From contig CAYYQK010000001.1 of NCBI GenBank assembly GCA_964473815.1, forward strand, positions 93,523-157,522: a stretch of DNA of 64,000 nt, in the 5' to 3' direction. Positions 1 through 8,888 of this stretch are shown piece by piece (position 1 is the first letter of the stretch; each line of letters starts with the position of its first letter). Under the pieces are notes generated by a model. The model was given only the letters and a program-made list of their open reading frames with translations. It ran no database searches and was not told the origin of the DNA. The translations under genes were made by a program, and so were the position numbers. Source of the stretch: an uncultured Candidatus Saccharibacteria bacterium (GTDB lineage Bacteria; Patescibacteriota; Doudnabacteria; UBA920).

Positions 1-1
1 A

Positions 2-445
2 AAAAACCAACGTTACTCAGGCGCTGTACCAAAACCAATCAGCAGCGCAGACTTAAATGAATTTCCTGAAGGATCATATGCAGAGCCGTTAGACGGCACA
101 CTTGTTAAAAGTCCAAACGAACCTTCTATCTACTACATGCAAAGTGGTTTACGTCGACCATTAACATACCAAGTATTTACAATGCGCGGTTTTAAATTCT
201 CAGACGTTGTAACTTTAACTAACATCGAAGTTAATTCTTGGATTGAAGGCAGCTTCTTAACACCTCCTGATGGTACTGTCATGAAAAGTACAATCAACCC
301 AACTATCTATTGGGTAGTAAATGGAATTTTGCGACCAGTAAATTATAATTTTTATATCCAACGTGGCTTAAATGCTTTTCCGATTGTTATCACTTCGGAA
401 AATGATATTTCAAAAATGCCACGCGGTGATGCATACGTGTTGTAA
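2..445 (+). CDS. Hypothetical secreted repeat-domain protein, 5'-truncated by the window edge (C-terminal part only)
   Basis: Open frame runs from the window edge with no stop. Sequence (GFKFSDVVTLTNIEVNSW...TIYWVVNGILRPVNYNFYIQRG) resembles the internal repeat modules of the following ORF 552..2351. Confidence 0.45.
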   Translation, partial: KNQRYSGAVPKPISSADLNEFPEGSYAEPLDGTLVKSPNEPSIYYMQSGLRRPLTYQVFTMRGFKFSDVVTLTNIEVNSWIEGSFLTPPDGTVMKSTINPTIYWVVNGILRPVNYNFYIQRGLNAFPIVITSENDISKMPRGDAYVL

Positions 446-551
446 ATTCTTGTAAGTCGCTGTAACATTTTCACTTCTAAAAACGATATAACTTTAAGGG
501 TTGATTTTCATCAACTTTTAAGATAAAGTAAAAAAGCAAAGAAATCTTGTT

Positions 552-2351
552 ATGAAGAAACAAACACTTTCCAAAAAATCAATTTTAATAAATGTCTTAG
601 TTGCAGGCGGTTTAATTTTTTCTGCCTTTTTTAAGCTGCCAACAGCATATGCCGCACTAAGTGTTGACTCTTCTTTTAACCCAGACAAAATTATCGACGA
701 CAAAATTTTTAGCGATAAGAATGCAATGTCTGCTGCTGATATCCAAAAGTTTTTAGAAGATAAGAAGAGTGTGCTAGCTAACACTAGCAATTCATTTTTG
801 ATGCAACTTAAAGAACCAGTTGATAATCAAAACACCAAACAAATTTTGGAAGACCCTCATGCGGCTTCAAATACACCACGAACAGCGGCTCAGTTGATCT
901 ATGATGCATCAAACTCTGCCGGATTAAATCCGCAAGTATTGTTAGTTTCGTTGAACAAAGAACAAAGTTTAATCACTGGTCGTCAAACTGCCACTCCAGA
1001 ACAGCTGCAGCGCGCCTTAGACTTTGCGTTAGGTTTTGGTTGCCCAGATAGCCAGCCTTGTGGCGCTGTTTATCAGGGTTTTTATTTCCAATTATTCGGA
1101 GGTGTGGATACAGAAAATAATCGCTACTTGGGCGCAGCCCGTTCTTTAATGAAATCTTTCAGCACACCGGGCGGCCGCGGGCCATACTACAACGGTGGAA
1201 TTTCTAAGGTAGGGGACACAATCGAATTAAACAATACTGTTGGTGATTACGACGGAGTACAGCCTACTCAGCGCGTGCGTTTGTCTAATAACGCCACAGC
1301 CGCACTTTACCGTTATACCCCACACGTCTTCAATGGCAACTATAACTTCTTTAAATTTTATAAAGCTTGGTTTGGTTCTCCAACCTCTGGCGGAAGTGAT
1401 TCACCTGCCACAAACGGATTAATAAAAGTTTCCGGTAATGCTGATTTGTATATCTTGGAAAATGGCGGCGTTTACAAAGTTTTGCCTTTCGTTGCTAAAG
1501 CGCGCAAAATCAGCACTACGAAATACAAGAAAGTATCGAAGAGTCAATTCGCAACATACAACAACTTCGGTTTGTATGCAGTACCAGATTTCACTTTAAT
1601 TAAAGTCGGCACGCAGTACTACTTGTTTGTTAATAACAAAAAAGTGGCTGTCACCACCGATGTTTTAAAAGCGAGAAATATTAGTGCGAACAAAGCAATT
1701 ATCGTTAAATCAACTGATGCAAATCAGTATGAAACTGGTACTAGTTTAGATCCAAGCCCAATTGTGTCTTCACCGCCACCGACACCAAGTACGCCAACCC
1801 CACCTTCTCAGGGCGGACAACTGATGACAGGCGCGATTATTAAATCCGCATCTTCTTCGACCGTGTACCTTTACGAAGATGGCAAGAAGAAACCAATGGA
1901 TGGCGAAATTTTCCGCAACCGCGGTTTCTCATTCAATAACTTAATGACTGTTCCGGATGATCAATTGAATGCGCTTCAACTTGGCTCAATGCCTTTGCCG
2001 GTTGATAACACATATTTCAAAGATAAAAAAACCGGGCAACTTTACGTTTACCGTGACGGAAAGAAGAGTTCAATTTCTGCGTTCGTAGCAAAGCAACGCA
2101 ACATTACACCTGATTTCACTTTCGGTGAAGACATTACGAACAATCTGCCAAATGGCAAACCGATTTTACCAAAAACCGGCACGATATTTAAAGGCGACAA
2201 AAAGGCTGATGTATTTTTGATGAACTTAAGTTCCGCTAGTCCAATGACTTTAACCGCTTTTCAAGCCCGCAACATCAAGCCTGCAGACTTAAACATTTTG
2301 CCACAGGCTGAAGTTGACAGCTATCCAAAGGGTGCGCTACTGTCTAAATAA
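552..2351 (+). CDS. Secreted protein with a signal peptide, tandem ~80-aa repeat modules and a Pro/Thr linker; function unknown
   Basis: N-terminal signal peptide MKKQ...FKLPTAYA. Repeated motifs include VYLYEDGKKKPMDG and LYVYRDGKKSSISAFVAKQRNITPD. PT-rich linker SSPPPTPSTPTPP. A-rich upstream region. Confidence 0.6.
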   Translation: MKKQTLSKKSILINVLVAGGLIFSAFFKLPTAYAALSVDSSFNPDKIIDDKIFSDKNAMSAADIQKFLEDKKSVLANTSNSFLMQLKEPVDNQNTKQILEDPHAASNTPRTAAQLIYDASNSAGLNPQVLLVSLNKEQSLITGRQTATPEQLQRALDFALGFGCPDSQPCGAVYQGFYFQLFGGVDTENNRYLGAARSLMKSFSTPGGRGPYYNGGISKVGDTIELNNTVGDYDGVQPTQRVRLSNNATAALYRYTPHVFNGNYNFFKFYKAWFGSPTSGGSDSPATNGLIKVSGNADLYILENGGVYKVLPFVAKARKISTTKYKKVSKSQFATYNNFGLYAVPDFTLIKVGTQYYLFVNNKKVAVTTDVLKARNISANKAIIVKSTDANQYETGTSLDPSPIVSSPPPTPSTPTPPSQGGQLMTGAIIKSASSSTVYLYEDGKKKPMDGEIFRNRGFSFNNLMTVPDDQLNALQLGSMPLPVDNTYFKDKKTGQLYVYRDGKKSSISAFVAKQRNITPDFTFGEDITNNLPNGKPILPKTGTIFKGDKKADVFLMNLSSASPMTLTAFQARNIKPADLNILPQAEVDSYPKGALLSK

Positions 2352-2354
2352 TAC

Positions 2355-3791
2355 ATGTCGAGCCCGTCCAAAAACATTTTCTGGTTATCGTTATCGAGGA
2401 TCATTTCCCTGATCCTCTTGTTTTTGGCATATTTATTTTTAACTTCCTATTTAGGGCCCTACCGCTATGGTCAATTTCAGTTTGTACTTTCTTACTCCAC
2501 GCTGTTTGGGGTGATGGTGGATTTTGGATTGCAGCAATACATCATCAAAAAAATTAGCGAAGATAAGTCACAAGCCAAAAAATATTTTCACAACTTTCTT
2601 GTTGTCGAAATAGTATTGGCGTCGTTGCTTTATGTTGTAATGGTGGCAGTGGCTTATTACAATAACTACGACCGTGAAGTTATACATGCCATTATTGTGT
2701 CTGGTTTAGGCATGACTTTGACCGGTCTGACCTACCCATTTCTGTCTGTTGTCACCGCCTTTTACGATTTAAAGAAAGCCGCGATCTTAAATTTTTTGTC
2801 ATCATTCATAAACTTCCTCATCATTTTGTTAACGATCTGGCTGCATGGTGGTATTGTGATGCTAGTAACACAGCAAGTAGTGTACGCCATAGTTGCTTTG
2901 ATAATTTACTACTTCCTAATCCAAAAGCATATTGGCAAACCGGAAATTTTGCGGGGACTATTTTCTTTAGACTCCAAGATAGTGAAGGGAATTATTAAGT
3001 ATGGACCGCCATTTGCATTGTTGGCTGGTTTTGCGACTTTGTACAATCGTATTGATGTAGTGTTAATCAAACATTTTTACGACTACAGCCAGGTGGGTTT
3101 GTATAGTGCAGCCTACAAAATTTTTGACTTGTTAGCGTTTTTTCCGGCCGTAGTAGCGTATGCATTGTATCCATTATTCGCTTCCTTAATGGCAGAAAAG
3201 AAGATTGGCGAAGTGAGGGATATAATTGAAAAATATTTACGCATGATGACTGCAATTGCGTTGCCAATGGCAGTCGGTGGAATGTTGCTCTCGAATCAGC
3301 TTATGGGCATTTTAGACGCGCGTTTTAGTAATGCAGCACCAGTGTTATCTATTGTAGTTTGGGCTCCGGCTGTTTTGTATATTTATGTTGTGGCCAATTC
3401 TTTAGTCATTTCACAATTAACTAAATGGGCAGTCGTAATAACCGCAACCAATGTTTTGATAAACATAATCGGAAATATTATTTTATTACCGCACTATGGA
3501 ATCAAAGGAGCTGCGGTGATGACGGTAGTTTCTGAAACCTTTCAAGCCATTTTCTATTTCTATTTTGTACGCACCAAAGTTACGAACTTCAAATTTTTCT
3601 CACTGGTTTGGCGGCCAGTATTGGGCGCAATCGTCATGGGGGTTGTGGTGTGGTACTTCCGCGCTTGGCCATTAGTACCAGCTGTAGTCTTGGGCGTTGT
3701 TGTCTATGGCGCCGCATTGCTTGCGCTTCGCTTTTTCCAAAAGGATGACATTGCATTCGTTAAGTCATTTTTAAAACGTGGCACAGCTTAA
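2355..3791 (+). CDS. Polysaccharide biosynthesis flippase (MOP/Wzx-like multi-TM transporter)
   Basis: 478 aa with about 12-14 predicted hydrophobic helices, the typical length and architecture of Wzx/MurJ-like oligosaccharide flippases. Lies in a glycan gene context. Confidence 0.65.
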   Translation: MSSPSKNIFWLSLSRIISLILLFLAYLFLTSYLGPYRYGQFQFVLSYSTLFGVMVDFGLQQYIIKKISEDKSQAKKYFHNFLVVEIVLASLLYVVMVAVAYYNNYDREVIHAIIVSGLGMTLTGLTYPFLSVVTAFYDLKKAAILNFLSSFINFLIILLTIWLHGGIVMLVTQQVVYAIVALIIYYFLIQKHIGKPEILRGLFSLDSKIVKGIIKYGPPFALLAGFATLYNRIDVVLIKHFYDYSQVGLYSAAYKIFDLLAFFPAVVAYALYPLFASLMAEKKIGEVRDIIEKYLRMMTAIALPMAVGGMLLSNQLMGILDARFSNAAPVLSIVVWAPAVLYIYVVANSLVISQLTKWAVVITATNVLINIIGNIILLPHYGIKGAAVMTVVSETFQAIFYFYFVRTKVTNFKFFSLVWRPVLGAIVMGVVVWYFRAWPLVPAVVLGVVVYGAALLALRFFQKDDIAFVKSFLKRGTA

Positions 3792-4239
3792 AACAAAAAT
3801 TAAAGTTACGAATCGAGCAACACGTATTTTAGTGTTTGGTACTTTTGATATGGTCCATCCAGGCCATAGACATTTTTTTGCGCAAGCTCGGAAGTTGGCA
3901 AAAAAGAGTACTGAACCTTTTTTAATTGTGTCCTTGGCGCGCGATAAAAATGTTCTGCGCATTAAAAAGCATTTACCAAAAAAATCTGAAAAGCAAAGAA
4001 AGGCACAAATGGAATCTGTGCCAGAAGTAGACAAAGTTGTGCTGGGTGCAATCGGCAACCACATCCCAGCAATTGTCCGCTTAAAGCCCGACATAATTGC
4101 TTTAGGCTACGACCAGAGCGCTTACGTTAAGGGGTTGCGTACTCAGCTTAAATATGCAGGACTGGCACCCAAAATTGTGCGTCTTAAATCCCACAAACCT
4201 CACATTTACAAAACTTCTCTCTTGAAGAAAACTAAGTAA
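3778..4239 (+). CDS. Cytidylyltransferase-like nucleotidyltransferase (HxGH family; TagD/RibL-like)
   Basis: Motif VFGTFDMVHPGHRHFF (the HxGH nucleotidyltransferase signature) followed by a Rossmann-like segment. Overlaps the upstream flippase gene by 14 nt. Confidence 0.6.
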   Translation: MAQLKTKIKVTNRATRILVFGTFDMVHPGHRHFFAQARKLAKKSTEPFLIVSLARDKNVLRIKKHLPKKSEKQRKAQMESVPEVDKVVLGAIGNHIPAIVRLKPDIIALGYDQSAYVKGLRTQLKYAGLAPKIVRLKSHKPHIYKTSLLKKTK

Positions 4240-4332
4240 AAACTTCAGATATTCTTTGGGGATAATCGAGATGGTTAATTAGCTTCTATTATTCTATAAT
4301 GCAAATAGAAGAGAAAATTTAGCATAACTATA

Positions 4333-5049
4333 ATGGAAACGGTTTCACCTTCAGAGAATAATTCAAGGCTTCCAGAGAGTTTAGATACCTTAACTTTTTT
4401 GTTAACTCTAGTTTTAATCTCTCTATCCATTGTCATCATGGTTGGAGAAATTCGCTATTTGATCATTTCCAAAGATATCAAGTCATCCACTAACATTAAT
4501 CAAAACGACACCTCAAATTCTCAAATCGTCGAGTGCAATACGGATTTAAATACTTGGAAACCTTTCACGTATATGGCCGGAAAAGTCAAAGTTTCATTTA
4601 AGTATCCATCTTGTTGGCAACAAAATACTGATGAACGTTTTGATGAGTATGCCCCCCTATGGCATTTTGTGAATTCTAGCATAGATTTGTCCTACTCCGA
4701 CCCAAACAAGTTATACAAAGGTCCAACTGCGGAAACAGAGGAAAAGAAATTTTCTAGTTTCACTTTGGGGTATGGTTATGGCACCTCTGTTTTGAGTCAA
4801 ACTGTTAGTAAAGTTGTAGAGCAATCTAAGATAGCCGGTTATCCCGCAACAAAAACTATTTACAAAGGAATTAAAAATGACGGTAGTATAGTTATGTATG
4901 CCAACACAGGCATAGTATATGAAATTCCTCATCAAATTGAACGCGGGAAGCTGGGCATAACGTTTACAATTCAATTTTACGATTCAGACAAAACCGATTA
5001 TTCAAAGATCGCAGATTTAATTGGCTCAACTTTTGAAATAAAGCAATGA
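4333..5049 (+). CDS. Hypothetical membrane-anchored protein
   Basis: N-terminal TM helix (LTFLLTLVLISLSIVIMVG). C-terminal region has an FKYPSCWQQ motif also seen in the 5633 ORF. Confidence 0.45.
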   Translation: METVSPSENNSRLPESLDTLTFLLTLVLISLSIVIMVGEIRYLIISKDIKSSTNINQNDTSNSQIVECNTDLNTWKPFTYMAGKVKVSFKYPSCWQQNTDERFDEYAPLWHFVNSSIDLSYSDPNKLYKGPTAETEEKKFSSFTLGYGYGTSVLSQTVSKVVEQSKIAGYPATKTIYKGIKNDGSIVMYANTGIVYEIPHQIERGKLGITFTIQFYDSDKTDYSKIADLIGSTFEIKQ

Positions 5050-5615
5050 CAAAACGGAATAAAATCACTATATTGATAGCCGTGGTTCTATTGATGATAG
5101 ATATTGCCTTGGGAGTATATATTGTCTATGGTACAAAAACCCACGAAGAGATTAAAAACAATCTTACGTCAAACGTTTTAGATAAATCTAAAAGTACTCA
5201 AACAGAACAGACGAACCAAGAATACAACATCATCAAGATCGACAGTGACGAAAAAATGCTTTCTGCAGCAAAGGAGTCGCTCAAATTTATTGACAATTTC
5301 CATACAGAGAAGGGTTATTTCCCATGTGAGGATGAGTTTTATATTAACTTTTGGAATAGGCATTATACGTATGAGCCAGATCTAGAAGGTCCTTTCTATA
5401 ACTCCCCATTAATTTATTATTATCCAGATTGTTCGAGCGATAGTGATAGACCTCAAAAATTTCTTTGGTTTTATTATAGTCTTAATAAAGCTAATCCTAA
5501 AGCTTTTGGTACACCTTCTCCTTCTAACGGGGGTGTAGGAACAGAATATCGTGTAACTTCAGAGCAGAATGATCCAGACCAGCAATATTATAAGGATGCC
5601 TTGAAACAATTTTAA
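5046..5615 (+). CDS. Hypothetical membrane-anchored protein
   Basis: Overlaps the previous stop (ATGA). N-terminal TM helix ILIAVVLLMIDIALGVYIVYG. Confidence 0.45.
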   Translation: MTKRNKITILIAVVLLMIDIALGVYIVYGTKTHEEIKNNLTSNVLDKSKSTQTEQTNQEYNIIKIDSDEKMLSAAKESLKFIDNFHTEKGYFPCEDEFYINFWNRHYTYEPDLEGPFYNSPLIYYYPDCSSDSDRPQKFLWFYYSLNKANPKAFGTPSPSNGGVGTEYRVTSEQNDPDQQYYKDALKQF

Positions 5616-5632
5616 TTAGTAACCACTTTTTT

Positions 5633-6382
5633 ATGGATCAAAATATAGATAATCAACAGCCAGAAGTCATAGCCCCTTTAGAACAACAACCAAACCCGGT
5701 TGCGCCGCAAGATGCAGCGGTGAAATCAAATCGGGCAAATATAATAATTGTCATCAGTTTGTTAATTTTGATTTTACTCGCGCTTGGGGGAATTGTTTGG
5801 ATTTATACAAAATCACCTTCTAAACAAACAATAAAAAACGACACTTCAACTCAATCGTCAAGTTCTGCAAACGAAACTGCGCCAATAGCAGAAATGAAAG
5901 GTTGGCAAACTTTTAACGATAAGCGTATCGATTTTACATTTCAATATCCCCAGGGTTGGACGGCGACTGTCGAGGGAACGGCTGATTTTCCAGATGTAAT
6001 AATAACACCACAAGGAGCGAATTATTATTCGAATATCGTGCAACAAGAGGGAAACTCCAATCAAGATTATAAGACACCAGATCCAAAGTACATACGTATT
6101 CAGCAAAGGAAGGGTGACTATTCTTCTAAAAGCTTTGCGAATTTTAAGGCCAATAATGATGCGGAATTTAACAGCCAGTTTTATAAGGATAGGAATATCA
6201 CAATATCCTATGAAGACACCACATTGGGTGGTAAGCAGGCTCTTATTCTTAGAACTACAGAGTTACCGGGTTATAGAGAAATCGTTGTATTCATTAATGG
6301 TGCAGAATATGACTTTGAGGTTGGTGTTGGCAACGAAGCAGAGTTAAATGGCATTCTAAAAACCGTAAAATTTTCTAACTGA
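5633..6382 (+). CDS. Hypothetical membrane-anchored protein (shares an F-x-YPxGW motif with ORF 4333)
   Basis: TM helix IIIVISLLILILLALGGIVWIY; motif FTFQYPQGW. Confidence 0.45.
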   Translation: MDQNIDNQQPEVIAPLEQQPNPVAPQDAAVKSNRANIIIVISLLILILLALGGIVWIYTKSPSKQTIKNDTSTQSSSSANETAPIAEMKGWQTFNDKRIDFTFQYPQGWTATVEGTADFPDVIITPQGANYYSNIVQQEGNSNQDYKTPDPKYIRIQQRKGDYSSKSFANFKANNDAEFNSQFYKDRNITISYEDTTLGGKQALILRTTELPGYREIVVFINGAEYDFEVGVGNEAELNGILKTVKFSN

Positions 6383-6492
6383 AATAATTAGATCTTTTTT
6401 AGCTTAAACACCCTTGCGGGTTTTTAGCTATTTTTTTGTTACTTTTCCTCAATTTCCACGTAATATAGCTAGAAACACATGATACAATAGAA

Positions 6493-7071
6493 TTGATGGA
6501 AATATCAGAACCAAAAATTATCGCGGACTGTCAGGCAGGTCAAATGGAGACATTTGTATATCTTTACGACAAATATGTCGAAAAAATCTACAAATTCCTC
6601 TATTTCCGGACTTTTGACCAAGAATTGGCCGAAGATATCACTAGCCAGACCTTTTTGAAGGCTATGGATAAAATTGGCTCCTTCAACGGAGAAAAGGGAA
6701 CTTTTCAGGCGTGGCTTTACCAAATTGCTCGCAACCTGCTCATTGATGAATATCGCAAGCAAAAGCCGACTGACAACATTGATGCTCACTTTGATTTAGC
6801 GAGTGACATTAATCTGGAATCGGAAACAGCTGGCAGTATTACCAATGAAAAGTTGCGCGAGTTATTACTTAGCTTGCCAGCGGAAGCGCAAGAACTTGTT
6901 AGTATGCGCTTATGGGATGAAATGTCTTACGCGGAAATCGCCATAATTACTGGCAAGAGCGAAGGCGCATTAAAAATGCAATTCTCCCGCATCGTTGATC
7001 AATTAAAAAAACATTCACACTTGTTGGTGCTATTCGTAGCCCTCCACTTATCATTAACGAAAATTATATGA
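6493..7071 (+). CDS. ECF-type RNA polymerase sigma factor (sigma-70 regions 2 and 4)
   Basis: Region 2: FLYFRTFDQELAEDITSQTFLKAMDKIGSF...WLYQIARNLLIDEYRK. Region 4 helix-turn-helix: SLPAEAQELVSMRLWDEMSYAEIAIITGKSEGALKMQFSR. Confidence 0.75.
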   Translation: MMEISEPKIIADCQAGQMETFVYLYDKYVEKIYKFLYFRTFDQELAEDITSQTFLKAMDKIGSFNGEKGTFQAWLYQIARNLLIDEYRKQKPTDNIDAHFDLASDINLESETAGSITNEKLRELLLSLPAEAQELVSMRLWDEMSYAEIAIITGKSEGALKMQFSRIVDQLKKHSHLLVLFVALHLSLTKII

Positions 7072-8744
7072 TAGAACATACTTCAAATAATGTAGACGAA
7101 CAAGTTTCCAGTATCATGGCAGAATTGGGATTGAATACAGATGATAGCAATGCGCGTAAAATAATCGCTCGTTTGCTTCAGTCAAAGCCAGACGTGGCAA
7201 TTGACTCGCAGTTTATGTCTCAACTCCGCAATGTACTTCAGGCGCACGGCAATGTGGCCGCAGCGCAAACAAAATCTAATCAATCATTTAAATTTACAGT
7301 AATGTTTGTAAACAGAATTCTTGCCTCAGCTTTAATTGTGATGGTGGTATTGGCGGGTGGTGGTTTTTGGTACATCCAAAACAAAACTGACAAACCTCTA
7401 TTTACTTCTCCTGCAGCAAAACAAGTAAACCAAGTTCTCTCTGGTAAGTATGGAGTATCAGAAAAGTCTCAAGAATCTTTCGGGGACTTAAGTAAAGTTT
7501 CTATCATCAATACAAAAAATGCGCCTAGTTTAGCGAACAATAGCACAGCTCCAAACAACAAAGCAGAGACCGCTACCATGAAGGCTTTTGGGGGTGGCGA
7601 TACTAAGTACATTGCCCCAGGCGAACCTTATCCAATTTACGACTACTCATTCCGTTACGACGGCAAGGACTTACCACAATTAGGTGCGAATCAGTTCGTT
7701 CTTCGACGCACATTGCCGCAACAGCAACCAAGTTTGTTTGACCGCATTGTTAGCACACTTAGCTTTGGTCTAATTGATTTAACTAAATTTAGAGATACCA
7801 AAGTACAGTCGCTCTCCTTTGTTGAAGACCATCAATATGGTTACAGTGTTGGTGTTGATATGGTAAATGGCAGTGTGAATTTAAGCCAAAACTGGGAAAA
7901 GTGGCCACAACCAGATTATTCTAAATGCGCGCAACCTGTTCCTGCAGGATCGGCAGAGCAAACTATGCCAGCTTGTGGTCCTCAACCTCTGAAGATTGGC
8001 GATATCCCTGCAGACGATGTGCTATTTAAATCTACCAATGCTTTTCTTGACCAGTACGGAATTTCTCGTGAAGCCTACGGCAATCCAAAAGTAGATAACT
8101 CTTGGCGCATCTATTACGACCAAGCTCCTGAATCTGAAAAGCAAAGCATATACATTCCGGAACAGTTGAATGTAATTTACCCTTTGATTTTGGATGGTCA
8201 ACAGGTGTTTGATGAATCCGGGAATCCATACGGCATGAATGTAACTTATGATGTTCGCAATCAAAAAGTTGCTAGCATTTATGAACTGACTACACATCAA
8301 TACGACCGTTCACAGTACACGGGCGTAACTAACAGCAAGATAATTACCGACTATGCTGAACGCGGTGGCTGGCGCAATCAGATTTATCCACTTGATCGCA
8401 GCATTCCAGAGAACCGTAACGCTAAAAGCGCTGTGTTGAAACTGGACACTCCAACAGTGAAGTTAGTAAAAATGTATTACACAGATCCGAATCAACCTTA
8501 TTCACCAAGCAATAGTGGCGAATTGTATGTACCAGCTTTGGTGTTCCCAATCAAAAACTATCAGGAAGTTAATTACTGGCGTTCTAGTATTATTGTACCG
8601 TTGGTTAAAGATATCTTTGATAGTGATCAAACTGGCCCGCAAACCTATTCTGAACCTGCACAGGGGATGGGTGGTTCAGCTGCGGGAGGTAGTGCTGAGA
8701 TTGAAATAGTATCTCCTTCAGACCTGCCAAAAAATCAAAACTAA
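7068..8744 (+). CDS. Putative anti-sigma factor / single-pass membrane protein with a large extracytoplasmic domain
   Basis: Start overlaps the sigma factor stop (ATGA coupling). Short N-terminal cytoplasmic segment, TM helix ILASALIVMVVLAGGGFWYI, then about 450 aa extracellular. Confidence 0.5.
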   Translation: MIEHTSNNVDEQVSSIMAELGLNTDDSNARKIIARLLQSKPDVAIDSQFMSQLRNVLQAHGNVAAAQTKSNQSFKFTVMFVNRILASALIVMVVLAGGGFWYIQNKTDKPLFTSPAAKQVNQVLSGKYGVSEKSQESFGDLSKVSIINTKNAPSLANNSTAPNNKAETATMKAFGGGDTKYIAPGEPYPIYDYSFRYDGKDLPQLGANQFVLRRTLPQQQPSLFDRIVSTLSFGLIDLTKFRDTKVQSLSFVEDHQYGYSVGVDMVNGSVNLSQNWEKWPQPDYSKCAQPVPAGSAEQTMPACGPQPLKIGDIPADDVLFKSTNAFLDQYGISREAYGNPKVDNSWRIYYDQAPESEKQSIYIPEQLNVIYPLILDGQQVFDESGNPYGMNVTYDVRNQKVASIYELTTHQYDRSQYTGVTNSKIITDYAERGGWRNQIYPLDRSIPENRNAKSAVLKLDTPTVKLVKMYYTDPNQPYSPSNSGELYVPALVFPIKNYQEVNYWRSSIIVPLVKDIFDSDQTGPQTYSEPAQGMGGSAAGGSAEIEIVSPSDLPKNQN

Positions 8745-8765
8745 TCTAGAGTTAGTTATTACAAA

Positions 8766-8795
8766 AAGCTCCTTAACTAATAGGGAGCTTTTTGA
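8766..8795 (+). terminator. Rho-independent terminator after the anti-sigma gene
   Basis: Hairpin agctcctta/actaa/tagggagct followed by TTTTT. Confidence 0.55.
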
Positions 8796-8802
8796 TTATT
8801 AT

Positions 8803-8830
8803 TGACAAAAACCCCAGAAATTGATATATT
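8803..8830 (+). promoter_or_regulatory. Sigma-70-like promoter for the GC-rich ORF 8889
   Basis: TTGACA (8803-8808), 16-nt spacer, TATATT (8825-8830). Strong SD AAGGAGGTG at 8872-8880, 8 nt before the GTG start. Confidence 0.5.
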
Positions 8831-8888
8831 CTGATATTGTCCGAGATGGACTATTGTACTTATTACATCAAAAGGAGGTGAAAAAAGT

